This document shows, one piece after another, positions 1 through 9,511 of a stretch of 64,000 nucleotides of DNA. Both the position numbers and the translations under genes were made by a program. Position 1 is the first letter of the stretch, and each line of letters begins with the position of its first letter. The stretch covers positions 37,025 through 101,024 of the forward strand of contig JAFYVL010000025.1 of NCBI GenBank assembly GCA_017549125.1, in the 5' to 3' direction. The notes under the pieces were generated by a model. It was given only the letters and a program-made list of their open reading frames with translations, searched no databases and had not been told where the DNA came from. Source of the stretch: Oscillospiraceae bacterium. Its GTDB lineage: Bacteria; Bacillota; Clostridia; Oscillospirales; Oscillospiraceae.

Positions 1-70
1 GACACATTCTTTTCAATAAGATATAATATAATGAGAACTAAGATTTCCTACTATGCAAGGAGATGCCTTT

Positions 71-856
71 ATGAAAGTCAATTTTTGCGGATACAACTAC
101 CGCCACGACGATACTTTTTATGTGGAACGTCCCACCGGTGCTCGTGATTATATGCTGTTGATCATACGCTCCCCCGGTCGGATTCTGCTCAACGAGCGCA
201 GCTATTACGTAGAGCGAAATGCCGTCATCCTATATAACAAAGGCACACCCCAATATTTCGGCGCCCACAATGCAGAGTATATCAACGATTGGGTCTCCTT
301 TGATCTGGACGAGGATGACATCGCCTGGTGTGCGCACATCGGCATTCAATTTGACACCGTTCTGGAATATTTTGATGTGTACCAACTGTCCCATTTAGTA
401 AAACAACTTTCTATGGAACAATGGGCAGATAATCCCAACACAGAAACCTCAGAAAATTATTTGCTTCGTCTGCTTCTGCTGAAGCTGGCAGATCTCATTT
501 CCAAGCCCAGCAGAAACTCCTCTAAAATCAGCACAAAACTGCAAACCCTCAGACGACGGATCTACGATCACCCGGAGTTGGATTGGTCCACCGAATCTAT
601 TTGCCAATCCCTATCCATCAGCCCCTCTTATCTGTATTACGCCTACAAACAAATACTGGGTACAACAGTCAAGGCCGATGTGATCGCCAGCCGCTTGGAA
701 TACAGCAAACATCTGCTGACCTATAGCAATTACAGCATCTCAGAAATATCCCACATGGTGGGCTATGAAAATGATGTGCATTATATGTACATGTTTAAGA
801 AAGCAACCGGACTTACCCCCACCCAGTATCGAAAATCTTCCGCAAACCAGAAATAA
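71..856 (+). CDS. AraC-family transcriptional regulator
   Basis: C-terminal AraC HTH (YSISEISHMVGYENDVHYMYMFKKATGLTPTQYRK). AAGGAG RBS precedes ATG at 71 (ORF track starts at 53). Confidence 0.9.
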   Translation: MKVNFCGYNYRHDDTFYVERPTGARDYMLLIIRSPGRILLNERSYYVERNAVILYNKGTPQYFGAHNAEYINDWVSFDLDEDDIAWCAHIGIQFDTVLEYFDVYQLSHLVKQLSMEQWADNPNTETSENYLLRLLLLKLADLISKPSRNSSKISTKLQTLRRRIYDHPELDWSTESICQSLSISPSYLYYAYKQILGTTVKADVIASRLEYSKHLLTYSNYSISEISHMVGYENDVHYMYMFKKATGLTPTQYRKSSANQK

Positions 857-870
857 TGGAGGATGTGCAG

Positions 871-3453
871 ATGAAGATCTCTAACTGCAAAACCAATCAT
901 ATACATAACCCAATTGGCTATGCCATGGATTATGTTTCCGTATCCTGGATCGCCGATAGTCAGCAGTCTCACAGACAGGCCAATGCACAGATTTTGGTGG
1001 CAATAGATCCCCATATGGAGAATATTATCTACTCAACCACTACGGCACAAAGTACCGGAACGAAACTTCCTATAGATTTGCACCCCTGTACTCGGTATTA
1101 CTGGACCGTTCAGGTGTGGGGCGACGGGGGTGATACTGCTATTTCGGAAGTAAACTTTTTCGAGACCGGCAAAATGGAAGATCCCTTGGCAGGCAATTGG
1201 ATCACCACGCCCTGGGAAGATAAAAAAATGAGTCCCTATATCCGCAAAAAATTTCATGTGCAAAGTATCCAGAAAGCACGGTTATATATAACGGGACTAG
1301 GTCTGTATTGGCTGGAAGTAAACGGCAAACGGGTATGCGAAGAGTACTTCACCCCGGGATGCACCGGTGTCAATCACCTGGTACAAATCTACACCTACGA
1401 TTTAACAGATTTATTAGTGTCCGGCGACAATGTGCTGGGTGTTATGATGGGTAACGGATGGGCAAAAGGTCGATTTGGTACTTTCCCAAAATACCATTAT
1501 GCGCCCTTGATCCATCAGTATTTTCTAAAAGCAGAACTGCATTTGACCCTGGAAGATGGCACGGAGCAGATTTTGGTAACGGACGAATCCTGGAAATGCC
1601 TTCCCTCCCCGGTTCTGGAAGACAGCATCTATGATGGTGAGGTGTTCGATCAGCGAAAAGCCATAGAAGGCTGGTCCAGTACATCCTGCCATGCCCAGAA
1701 CTGGGAAGATGCCAAAATTGCCCAGGAAGTTTCTCTGGGCAAACTGGTGGACAGACTTTCTCTACCTGTCATAGTGAAGCAGACCATAAAACCCATCCAG
1801 ATAATACAAACACCTGCAGGAGAAACCGTACTGGACATGGGGCAAAACATGGTGGGCTGGGTGCAAATGCGCTTGCATGAGCCGGAGGGCACATGCATCC
1901 AGCTAAGCTATGGCGAAATCCTGCAAGACGGTTGCTTCTACAATGAAAATTTAAGAAGCGCCAAAGCTCAATACACCTATATTTCAGACGGAAACGAACA
2001 TATCGTCGCACCCCACTTTACCTTTTACGGCTTCCGCTATGTGAAAGTCGAAGGCAATACAAAACCTCTGCGTTTAGAGGACTTTACCGGCTGCGTTGTG
2101 TATTCTGATTTGGACGAAACCGGTTGGATCACCACCTCAGATGATCGCATCAACCGGCTGTTCCTCAATGCCAAATGGAGTCAAAAGGGTAACTTTTTGG
2201 ACATTCCCACCGATTGTCCCCAGCGGGATGAACGCATGGGCTGGACAGGCGATGCCCAGATGTTCTGCCAAACTGCCTGCTATAACATGAATGCCCTGGC
2301 TTTTTATCGCAAATACCTACGGGATTTACGGGTTGAGCAAGCAGCCATGGGCGGCAGAGTCGGACATCTTGTACCTTCCTTTTACCACGACTATAAGGAA
2401 ATTGACGATGAAGCTTGGTTAGGCGGCTCTTGCGCTTGGGGCGATGCCGCAGTTATCATTCCATGGACCTTATACCGTCACTATGGCGATATCACCATTT
2501 TGGAAGAATCCTATGCTAGTATGAAATCCTGGATCGATTGGATCGTCCGTACCAATGTGAGCGATTCCGGCTTATGGGATCAGGGCTTCCGGTTTGGAGA
2601 TTGGCTGGCATTGGATGGACCGGACGAGTTCTGCGGTGGAACAGACGTGACCTTGGTGGCATCTGCCTATTTAAAGCAGTCCTCCGGTCTTGTGGCAAAA
2701 GCTGCAAAAACATTAAACCTGGCAGAAGATGCCGCCTATTATGAAGCCCTCAGCGATAAAACCAAACAGGCCATACAAAATGTCTATTACACCAAAGACG
2801 GAAAATGCAACATCCAAACCCAAACAGCCTATATTCTTGCTTTGGCTATGGATTTGGTGGATACGGACACACGGCCATTGATTGCAAAGGAACTGGTGGC
2901 GCTGCTGCAAGCTAACAATATGCATCTTGAAACCGGCTTTGTAGGAACGCCATTCCTATGCAAGGTGCTCTCCCAGGAAGGCTACAGCCGGGAAGCCTAC
3001 GAACTGCTGTTCCAACAAGATTATCCCAGCTGGCTCTACCAGGTGGATATGGGCGCAACCACTATTTGGGAACGCTGGAATTCCGTGCTGCCCAATGGCA
3101 AATTGTCCGGCACAGGTATGAACTCTCTGAATCACTATACATACGGAAGTATTGTGCAGTGGATGTACGAGAACATCTGTGGTTTGACGCCCAAAGACGA
3201 GGGTTTCAAAACCTTCTATGTAGCACCGGAATATACCCATCGCCTTTCTTATGTGGATATGCGATATGATTCGCCCAAGGGAACAATTCAAATTAAATGG
3301 GAATCCCAAGGGAATCAATATTCCCTGTATATAAAAGTCCCCTTCGATACCACCGCAATTCTAAAACTCCCCGGTTCTAAAGAGAAGGAAATTCTTTTAA
3401 CTCCAGGCGAACATTCTTTTCAGCAAGAAGCTTCTTTACCCCTGATTTCTTAG
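871..3453 (+). CDS. Alpha-L-rhamnosidase (GH78)
   Basis: Motifs DIPTDCPQRDERMGWTGDAQ, FGDWLALD, GATTIWERWNS, MNSLNHY. GGAGG RBS at 858-862. Confidence 0.9.
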   Translation: MKISNCKTNHIHNPIGYAMDYVSVSWIADSQQSHRQANAQILVAIDPHMENIIYSTTTAQSTGTKLPIDLHPCTRYYWTVQVWGDGGDTAISEVNFFETGKMEDPLAGNWITTPWEDKKMSPYIRKKFHVQSIQKARLYITGLGLYWLEVNGKRVCEEYFTPGCTGVNHLVQIYTYDLTDLLVSGDNVLGVMMGNGWAKGRFGTFPKYHYAPLIHQYFLKAELHLTLEDGTEQILVTDESWKCLPSPVLEDSIYDGEVFDQRKAIEGWSSTSCHAQNWEDAKIAQEVSLGKLVDRLSLPVIVKQTIKPIQIIQTPAGETVLDMGQNMVGWVQMRLHEPEGTCIQLSYGEILQDGCFYNENLRSAKAQYTYISDGNEHIVAPHFTFYGFRYVKVEGNTKPLRLEDFTGCVVYSDLDETGWITTSDDRINRLFLNAKWSQKGNFLDIPTDCPQRDERMGWTGDAQMFCQTACYNMNALAFYRKYLRDLRVEQAAMGGRVGHLVPSFYHDYKEIDDEAWLGGSCAWGDAAVIIPWTLYRHYGDITILEESYASMKSWIDWIVRTNVSDSGLWDQGFRFGDWLALDGPDEFCGGTDVTLVASAYLKQSSGLVAKAAKTLNLAEDAAYYEALSDKTKQAIQNVYYTKDGKCNIQTQTAYILALAMDLVDTDTRPLIAKELVALLQANNMHLETGFVGTPFLCKVLSQEGYSREAYELLFQQDYPSWLYQVDMGATTIWERWNSVLPNGKLSGTGMNSLNHYTYGSIVQWMYENICGLTPKDEGFKTFYVAPEYTHRLSYVDMRYDSPKGTIQIKWESQGNQYSLYIKVPFDTTAILKLPGSKEKEILLTPGEHSFQQEASLPLIS

Positions 3454-3537
3454 CTTTATACCCCCCCTGGGCGACCGGGGCGACGGAAATGGGTCGAAAT
3501 GGTTGCAAACAGATGCACATGGCGTAAAGAGAACGAA

Positions 3538-3580
3538 AAAGCCCCTGTGTTTCCGTTTTTGTTGGAAACACAGGGGCTTT
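3538..3580. terminator. Inverted repeat / terminator downstream of GH78
   Basis: AAAGCCCCTGTGTTTCC-loop-GGAAACACAGGGGCTTT. Confidence 0.6.
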
Positions 3581-3599
3581 AGCCGTTTTAGCGACAAAA

Positions 3600-3622
3600 G
3601 GGACGGGAAACCCGTCCCCTAC
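3600..3622 (-). repeat. GTAG-type REP-like palindrome
   Basis: Minus strand reads GTAGGGGACGGG-TTT-CCCGTCCC; single copy noticed in the window. Confidence 0.5.
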
Positions 3623-3626
3623 AACC

Positions 3627-3658
3627 AAAAAAAGAGACAGCCTTTCGACTGTCTCTTT
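3627..3658 (-). terminator. Probable original tRNA-Leu terminator, displaced by the island
   Basis: Minus strand AGAGACAGTC-GAAA-GGCTGTCTCT plus T tract, directly after the CCA of the partial tRNA copy. Confidence 0.75.
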
Positions 3659-3713
3659 GGTGCGCGAGGCGGGACTTGAACCCGCATGCCCGGAATGAGC
3701 ACTAGAACCTGAA
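3654..3713 (-). repeat. att site: displaced 3' part of tRNA-Leu (60-bp direct repeat)
   Basis: Identical to 52273-52332; runs from the anticodon loop to just past CCA. Confidence 0.95.
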
Positions 3714-3861
3714 AATGATTCCGTACTTTTTATGCTGTATCATATAGGTTCATTTTGTGTCATTATGTTTTTAATTTTCTTAGTTTTTGTATGTTCTCCA
3801 AACTTTTCGACACATAACGATTTTTGCCGTTTTGATTCGATTTGCAATTTCCAAAAGATTT

Positions 3862-3882
3862 TGTTAGAACTTTGTTAGAACT
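3862..3882 (+). repeat. Putative integrase arm-type sites (TGTTAGAACT x2)
   Basis: Copies at 3862-3871 and 3873-3882; the same pair occurs at 52169-52190. Confidence 0.75.
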
Positions 3883-4012
3883 TTTCACCCCGCAGCCTGT
3901 CTGTTGCCACTACATCATTGAGGTCTTACTCAAGCCACACAATCATTACTATGGGGTCAAATCAAAAGAAGGCGCAAAGGTCAAGTTCCACAAAGAATCC
4001 CAAGACAGTATA

Positions 4013-4064
4013 AAACCCCTAACCAGGCCGGGCGCAAAGCTCGGCACAGTTAGGGGATTTTTAT
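4013..4064. terminator. Terminator ending the long minus-strand operon
   Basis: CCCCTAAC...GTTAGGGG stem with an inner hairpin and A/T tracts on both sides. Confidence 0.6.
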
Positions 4065-4164
4065 AACAATATCCGCCATTTTGGTATTTGATCCCGGTTC
4101 CGTACAACCTTTCTCGCCTACAAAATTGCAGATATTTGTTTAACAGAATACACGGATATATATC

Positions 4165-5007
4165 TTATACGCCGGAGTAGGCGGCGAAGCCGCAGTCGAT
4201 GGGCAGGACCACGCCGGTAATGGCAGAGGCCGCCTTATCATCACACAAGAATAGTGTTGCACCCAGCAGTTCCTCCGCGTCCACATAACGACCGGTGGGG
4301 GTACCGTTGAGGATCTTGGCAGAGCGAGCGGTGGGAGTACCGTCCTCGTTAAACAGCAGAGCCCGGTTCTGGGCAGATACCAAAAAGCCCGGGGCAATGG
4401 CGTTGCAACGGATGCCGGTGCCGGCAAAGTGGGTTGCCAGCCATTGGGTAAAGTTGGAAATGCCGGCTTTTGCGGCAGAATAGGCGGGGATCTTGGTCAG
4501 AGGGGTATAGGCATTCATGGAAGAAATGTTCAGAATGCAACCGCCCTTTTTTGCCACCATGTCCTTGGCGAATGCCTGGGTGGGTAGCAAAGTGCCCTGG
4601 AAATTCAGCTTAAATACAAAGTCCACACCGGATGCTTCCAGATCAAAGAAGGACTTGCCACCCTCTTTGGCTTCATGCTGGTACTCGTTGTCGGTGGTGG
4701 CACGGGGATTATTGCCGCCTGCGCCATTGACCAGAATATCACAGGGACCCAGATCTGCCAAAACTTGCTGATGGACAGCCTCCAAAGTTTCGGGTTCTAA
4801 CACATTGGCCTTGTAGCCCTGGCAAATATAGCCTTCTGCCTTCAGTTCGTTGGCCAGAGCCTTAACCGCATCCTCATTCAAATCCAAAGCGGCAACCTTT
4901 GCACCGCTCATGGCAAAGGCTCGTGCCATTGCGCCGCAGATCAGACCGCCTGCACCGGTGACCACGACCACCTTGCCGCTATAATCAATATTTAAGGGAA
5001 GATTCAT
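4165..5007 (-). CDS. uxuB: SDR-family D-mannonate oxidoreductase (fructuronate reductase)
   Basis: TGAGGLIC Rossmann motif, NISSMNAYTPLTKIPAYSAAK (YxxxK); adjacent to uxuA. Confidence 0.8.
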   Translation of the reverse strand: MNLPLNIDYSGKVVVVTGAGGLICGAMARAFAMSGAKVAALDLNEDAVKALANELKAEGYICQGYKANVLEPETLEAVHQQVLADLGPCDILVNGAGGNNPRATTDNEYQHEAKEGGKSFFDLEASGVDFVFKLNFQGTLLPTQAFAKDMVAKKGGCILNISSMNAYTPLTKIPAYSAAKAGISNFTQWLATHFAGTGIRCNAIAPGFLVSAQNRALLFNEDGTPTARSAKILNGTPTGRYVDAEELLGATLFLCDDKAASAITGVVLPIDCGFAAYSGV

Positions 5008-5022
5008 ACTGTTACCTCCAAA

Positions 5023-6099
5023 TTATTTTAATCGATCCATCAGATCCCAAGCACCCAGCATATACATAGCACCCAGGGCACGGTCATACAGACCGTAGCC
5101 GGGGCGGACGGTGCCGGGGCCTTCGTCCCACAAATGCCGTCCGTGGTCGGGTCGGATGTAGCCGTCGAAACCGCAATCGTGATAAGCACGCAAGATCTCC
5201 AAAATGCCGGTGTCGCCGTCGCAATCCCGGTGGGATGCCTCGGAGAAATCGCCGTTTTCAAAATGCTTCACATTGCGGATATGGGCAAAGGCGATACGGT
5301 CACAGTATTTGCGGACGATTCCCGCCACATTGTTATTGGGGTCAGCACTCAAAGATCCGGAGCAGAGGGTCAGACAGTTACAGGGGTGATCCACCATTTT
5401 CAGGAACCGCCCGATGTTTTCCTCGTTGATCAGCAGACGGGGCAGACCGAAAATATCCCAGGGGGGATCATCCATGTGGATGGCCATTTTGATGCCGCAC
5501 TCCTCACAGGTGGGCATAATGGCCTCCAGGAAATACTTAAGATTTGCCCACAGGGTTTCATGGTCTACATCTTTATAGGCCTTGAACAGCTCATCCAGCT
5601 TCGCCATCCGTTCCGGCTCCCAGCCGGGGAAGGACATATTGTACTTTTCGGTGAAATCCAGAATGTACTTTGCCATGGCATTGTAATCGTCCTGGATCAT
5701 GCCCTTTTCGTAGAACAGAGCCGTAGAGCCGTCACCCATTTCGTGGAACAGGTTGGAACGGGTCCAGTCGAAAATGGGCATGAAGTTGTAGCAGATGACC
5801 TTCACGCCGAATTTGCTCAAATTGCGAATAGTCTGCTTATAGTTTTCAATGTACAGGTCCCGGCTGGGCAGACCGATCTTAATGTCATCGTGGACATTGA
5901 CGGATTCCACCACATCGATGTTGAAGCCGTAGGCGTCGCATTGGGCTTTTACCTCTGCGATCTCTGCTTCTTCCCAAACCTCACCGGGCATTTTGTGGTG
6001 CAGAGCCCAGACGATGCCGGTGACACCGGGGATCTGCTTAATATCCGAAAGCTTGATATTATCGTTGCCTTCGCCGTACCAGCGGAATGTCATTTGCAT
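5023..6099 (-). CDS. uxuA: Mannonate dehydratase
   Basis: MQMTFRWYG start, ICYNFMPIFDWTRS, YIRPDHGR, PGYGLYDRALG. AAGGAG RBS supports start at 6099. Confidence 0.95.
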   Translation of the reverse strand: MQMTFRWYGEGNDNIKLSDIKQIPGVTGIVWALHHKMPGEVWEEAEIAEVKAQCDAYGFNIDVVESVNVHDDIKIGLPSRDLYIENYKQTIRNLSKFGVKVICYNFMPIFDWTRSNLFHEMGDGSTALFYEKGMIQDDYNAMAKYILDFTEKYNMSFPGWEPERMAKLDELFKAYKDVDHETLWANLKYFLEAIMPTCEECGIKMAIHMDDPPWDIFGLPRLLINEENIGRFLKMVDHPCNCLTLCSGSLSADPNNNVAGIVRKYCDRIAFAHIRNVKHFENGDFSEASHRDCDGDTGILEILRAYHDCGFDGYIRPDHGRHLWDEGPGTVRPGYGLYDRALGAMYMLGAWDLMDRLK

Positions 6100-6140
6100 A
6101 ATAAATCTCTCCTTTTCAGTGTAATGCGCTCGAATACTTT

Positions 6141-7217
6141 TTATCCACGGATCTCTTTTGCGATCCTGGCAACAACAGCGTTCATTTCCTCCCAGTTTTT
6201 CAGCATATCCGCCGCCAGCGCCAGTTGGGTATGACAACGAACCAGATTTTGTTCCGGGTAATGGGTGCGGAAGTACACATCGCCGTTAATATAGTCTGCC
6301 AGGAAACGGATACCCACTTCCAAAGTCATGATGAGTGCGCCATAGGGCAGAACCTCCACCTCTTTATCGGTCAAAGCGGTAGCGGCGGTCAGAAAACCCC
6401 TGGTATATGCCTCAAAGCGCTCCATATCCACTTTCATATTCTCCGGATTGGGGTCGCCCTCCTGGGTGGTTGCCGCACCGAAGCGGATGGAATCACCGAA
6501 ATCAAAGGCGCTGAGACCGGGCATAACAGTGTCCAGGTCGATGACGCACAGGCTCTTGCGGGTGTTGGCATCCAGCAGAACATTGTTCAGCTTAGTGTCG
6601 TTATGGGTAACACGCAAGGGCAGTTCTCCTGCCTCCAACATTCTCTGCAGAGTACCGCCCTTCTCTTCCAGAGACAGCGCGTACTCGATCTCCTTTTGCA
6701 CCTGTGCCACACGACCCTTGGGGTCAGCGGCAATGGCTTCCTTCAGCTGACGGAAACGGTCAGGAGTATTGTGGAAATTGGGAATGGTTTCATAGAGGGT
6801 CTCTACGGGGTAATCGGACAAATACCGCTGGAAGGTACCGAAGGCAATGGCACTTTCATAGAAATCATCCAGGGTTTCCGGAGATTCCAGGCAAATGGCC
6901 TCCACATAATGGTACATGCGCCAGAATTCACCCTCTGCGTCCTCATGGCAATAGCCGCCATCCACAGTTTCTACATAGCACAGGGCAGAATTGGGATCGC
7001 CGGTCTTTTCACGCAAAAACCGGGTCACATTGTTGGCATTTTCCACCACCTTCACAGGGTTCTTGAACACATACTTATTGACTCTCTGCAGGATGTACTT
7101 GTTGCCCGTATCAGTTTCCAGCTTCAAGGTCAGATTGATATGACCGTTGCCGTACTCGATGCAGGACACAGGATTGCCCATGATCTGAAAACTTTTTACT
7201 TGTACAGGAATGTTCAT
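6141..7217 (-). CDS. APH/choline-kinase-fold sugar kinase, N-acetylhexosamine 1-kinase-like
   Basis: YGNGHINLT, RVTHNDTKLNNVL, VIDLDTVMPG, DFGDSIRFGA; RBS-supported start at 7217. Confidence 0.75.
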   Translation of the reverse strand: MNIPVQVKSFQIMGNPVSCIEYGNGHINLTLKLETDTGNKYILQRVNKYVFKNPVKVVENANNVTRFLREKTGDPNSALCYVETVDGGYCHEDAEGEFWRMYHYVEAICLESPETLDDFYESAIAFGTFQRYLSDYPVETLYETIPNFHNTPDRFRQLKEAIAADPKGRVAQVQKEIEYALSLEEKGGTLQRMLEAGELPLRVTHNDTKLNNVLLDANTRKSLCVIDLDTVMPGLSAFDFGDSIRFGAATTQEGDPNPENMKVDMERFEAYTRGFLTAATALTDKEVEVLPYGALIMTLEVGIRFLADYINGDVYFRTHYPEQNLVRCHTQLALAADMLKNWEEMNAVVARIAKEIRG

Positions 7218-7237
7218 TGCTTTCTCCTTTTGGCAGG

Positions 7238-8605
7238 TTACTTGCTCTTTTTGTATTTCCGAATGCTCACAGGCACAATAATGGCAGTAAGAAGAACGAT
7301 TCCGCCCACTACATACAGCCATATGTAGGAATCCTCATCGCCGGAGGAGGCACCCTCTTTATGCTGTCCCTGGGTGCCTACAGCCGTGCCATCCGATGCA
7401 ACCACATTCTGGGTCTGTCCTGTGGCGTATACAGAACCGTCACCGGTCTGGGTCTGTCCGTTTTCCGGTACAGCATCCCCATCTGCCTGCTTATCGCTGG
7501 CGGTGACCTGCTCTTTTTCTGGGGTTTGTTCCTTTTCTGCAGGTGTAGTTGCGTTCGTATCCGTCGCCTGGGTTTCTGCACTCACCTGACCTTTTACCGC
7601 GTGAGAAACAGCCGAAGCACCTGCTCCGTCTCCCACCACAGCCAGGTCAAAGGAGAACTGGTTTTCATGCATATAGTACAGCTCCCGGACTGTGGAATAG
7701 GTCTCTACGGTCACCTTTTTGCCATCTGCAGAGAAATAGAATATACAGATCATACCGGCAGAGCCCTGAAGCTCGTCCACATTCTGGTGATCGATCAAGA
7801 TTTGTGTGATGGTATTATCATGGTCTCCCAGACTTTGGGTCACCACCACACGGTCGCTGGCGATATGTCCACCCAGCACCATCACAATGTTCTCATGCTT
7901 TTTGACAAACTTCTCCCAGATATCATCACCATCGTTAGATCGCGGTCTGGAATCAATGGTAGTATGCCAGCCCTCGCCCTCACTCATGGGCGTGCCGTCG
8001 CTGTGCAGGAAGGCGTGGGTGGTGACGATCACATTGTGATTCGGATGCGCCTCCACAACGCCATTGGCCCATTCCAGGATCTCATCGTCCGGAAGGAAAT
8101 CCAGGGTCAGGATCAGATAAGGAATATTGCCGATGATAATGGTACGCCATGTATTTTCGATTTTATCGTCATAACTGCCCTCGTAACTGGAAATGTAGGG
8201 CTCTTTATTAAATGTCCGGTTAAACCGTTCCGTGGAATCGTGGTTGCCTATGATGAGGGAATAGGGCACCACGCCGTCCATTCTGGTGATCTGCTCATAG
8301 GCCAGCCGCCATTCATCGTTGGCATCATAGTCGGTAATATCACCCAAGCCAAGGACATACTGGATGTTTTTTGCTTCCTTATTATCCAGGATCCAATCAT
8401 AGATCTTATGGAAATTATCCGGATCGTTCCGCAAAAGGATCTGTGTATCCGGCACGATCACCATAGAGTAGCTGTAATCCGTTACAGGCTCCTTTTCTGC
8501 AAACCAATAATCCTCTTTTTCTGCAGATGCAGGGAGTACCACCAGGGCAACCGCTATGCTCAGCACCAATAAAACTGTTATCATACGACGAATTTTGATC
8601 TTCAT
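7238..8605 (-). CDS. Secreted, C-terminally anchored metallophosphoesterase
   Basis: Signal peptide; PDTQ, GDITD, GNHD, TTHAF and GGHI motifs; T/Q-rich stalk, then TM helix and basic tail. Confidence 0.8.
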   Translation of the reverse strand: MKIKIRRMITVLLVLSIAVALVVLPASAEKEDYWFAEKEPVTDYSYSMVIVPDTQILLRNDPDNFHKIYDWILDNKEAKNIQYVLGLGDITDYDANDEWRLAYEQITRMDGVVPYSLIIGNHDSTERFNRTFNKEPYISSYEGSYDDKIENTWRTIIIGNIPYLILTLDFLPDDEILEWANGVVEAHPNHNVIVTTHAFLHSDGTPMSEGEGWHTTIDSRPRSNDGDDIWEKFVKKHENIVMVLGGHIASDRVVVTQSLGDHDNTITQILIDHQNVDELQGSAGMICIFYFSADGKKVTVETYSTVRELYYMHENQFSFDLAVVGDGAGASAVSHAVKGQVSAETQATDTNATTPAEKEQTPEKEQVTASDKQADGDAVPENGQTQTGDGSVYATGQTQNVVASDGTAVGTQGQHKEGASSGDEDSYIWLYVVGGIVLLTAIIVPVSIRKYKKSK

Positions 8606-8620
8606 ACTATTTCCTCCAGA

Positions 8621-9493
8621 TCAAATATTACGATTACTGCCACGGTATTTCCCCGGTGTGCAGCCCACAAGTTTCTTAAACTGTCTGTTAAAATATGCCG
8701 CGTCAGAATACCCGGCCTGGTACCCAATGGCCGATATGCTCAGGTCGGATTCCACCAAAAGCATTTTTGCCAAGTCGATTCGCAGCATATTTAAATAATC
8801 CAAATAGGATTTGCCTGTGTATTTCTTGAAATAATAGTGAAAAGAACCCACACTCATTTTCGCGCAAGCGGCAACATCCTTAATGTAAATACGCTCCGTA
8901 AGGTGTTCCCGGGCATAGGAAATTGCCGCATTGATGTTTGTGCCATAGCCATCGAACTTCTTCGTGGAATCATAGCCCAGTCGGGTAACTTGTACGATAT
9001 TGGTCAAAATTCGCAACAGGTAGCCCTTAAGTTCAATAATGCTGTAGGGTTGTTTTTTTGTGTAGATATTCAGCATTTTTTGCATGGTGTTTTCCATGCG
9101 CTGCTGCAGATCCTCGGGAATCACATATTTACACCGCACCTCGCATAGCACGCTGTAAAAAGCTTCCTGTCCCAGTTTTTCCATCTGGCTCAGCAGTGGA
9201 TCTCCCAATAGAATATTGGGTGCAAAATCACAGCCAAAGATCATACATTCCACATCCTTGGGTATAATGCTGTGTTCCACATCCGGAGGAACCAGGATCA
9301 GATCACCGGCAATCACCTCACAACTCTCGCCTTCGATCTCATGCAGGCATACACCCTGTGACACATACCACATTTGAAAATATTCATGGGCATGGGCATT
9401 GGCAGGCCAGGTTTTTTGGCAGCCGCGTAATTCATAGATCTTAATATGATAGCCATCTGGGAAAGTTCTGGCAATATTTTGATATTTCAGCAT
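8621..9493 (-). CDS. AraC-family regulator with cupin sensor domain
   Basis: HAHEYFQM cupin and ISAIGYQAGYSDAAYFNRQFKK HTH. Start is 9493 or 9505. Confidence 0.9.
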   Translation of the reverse strand: MLKYQNIARTFPDGYHIKIYELRGCQKTWPANAHAHEYFQMWYVSQGVCLHEIEGESCEVIAGDLILVPPDVEHSIIPKDVECMIFGCDFAPNILLGDPLLSQMEKLGQEAFYSVLCEVRCKYVIPEDLQQRMENTMQKMLNIYTKKQPYSIIELKGYLLRILTNIVQVTRLGYDSTKKFDGYGTNINAAISYAREHLTERIYIKDVAACAKMSVGSFHYYFKKYTGKSYLDYLNMLRIDLAKMLLVESDLSISAIGYQAGYSDAAYFNRQFKKLVGCTPGKYRGSNRNI

Positions 9494-9511
9494 AGTACAT
9501 ACCACCAGCCT

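Noticed and set aside
53-3453. araC and GH78 as part of the island
   Set aside because: They lie outside the left att repeat and beyond the displaced tRNA terminator.
3654-3713. A second tRNA-Leu gene
   Set aside because: Only the 3' part is present, with no D arm or 5' acceptor strand; it is an att repeat.
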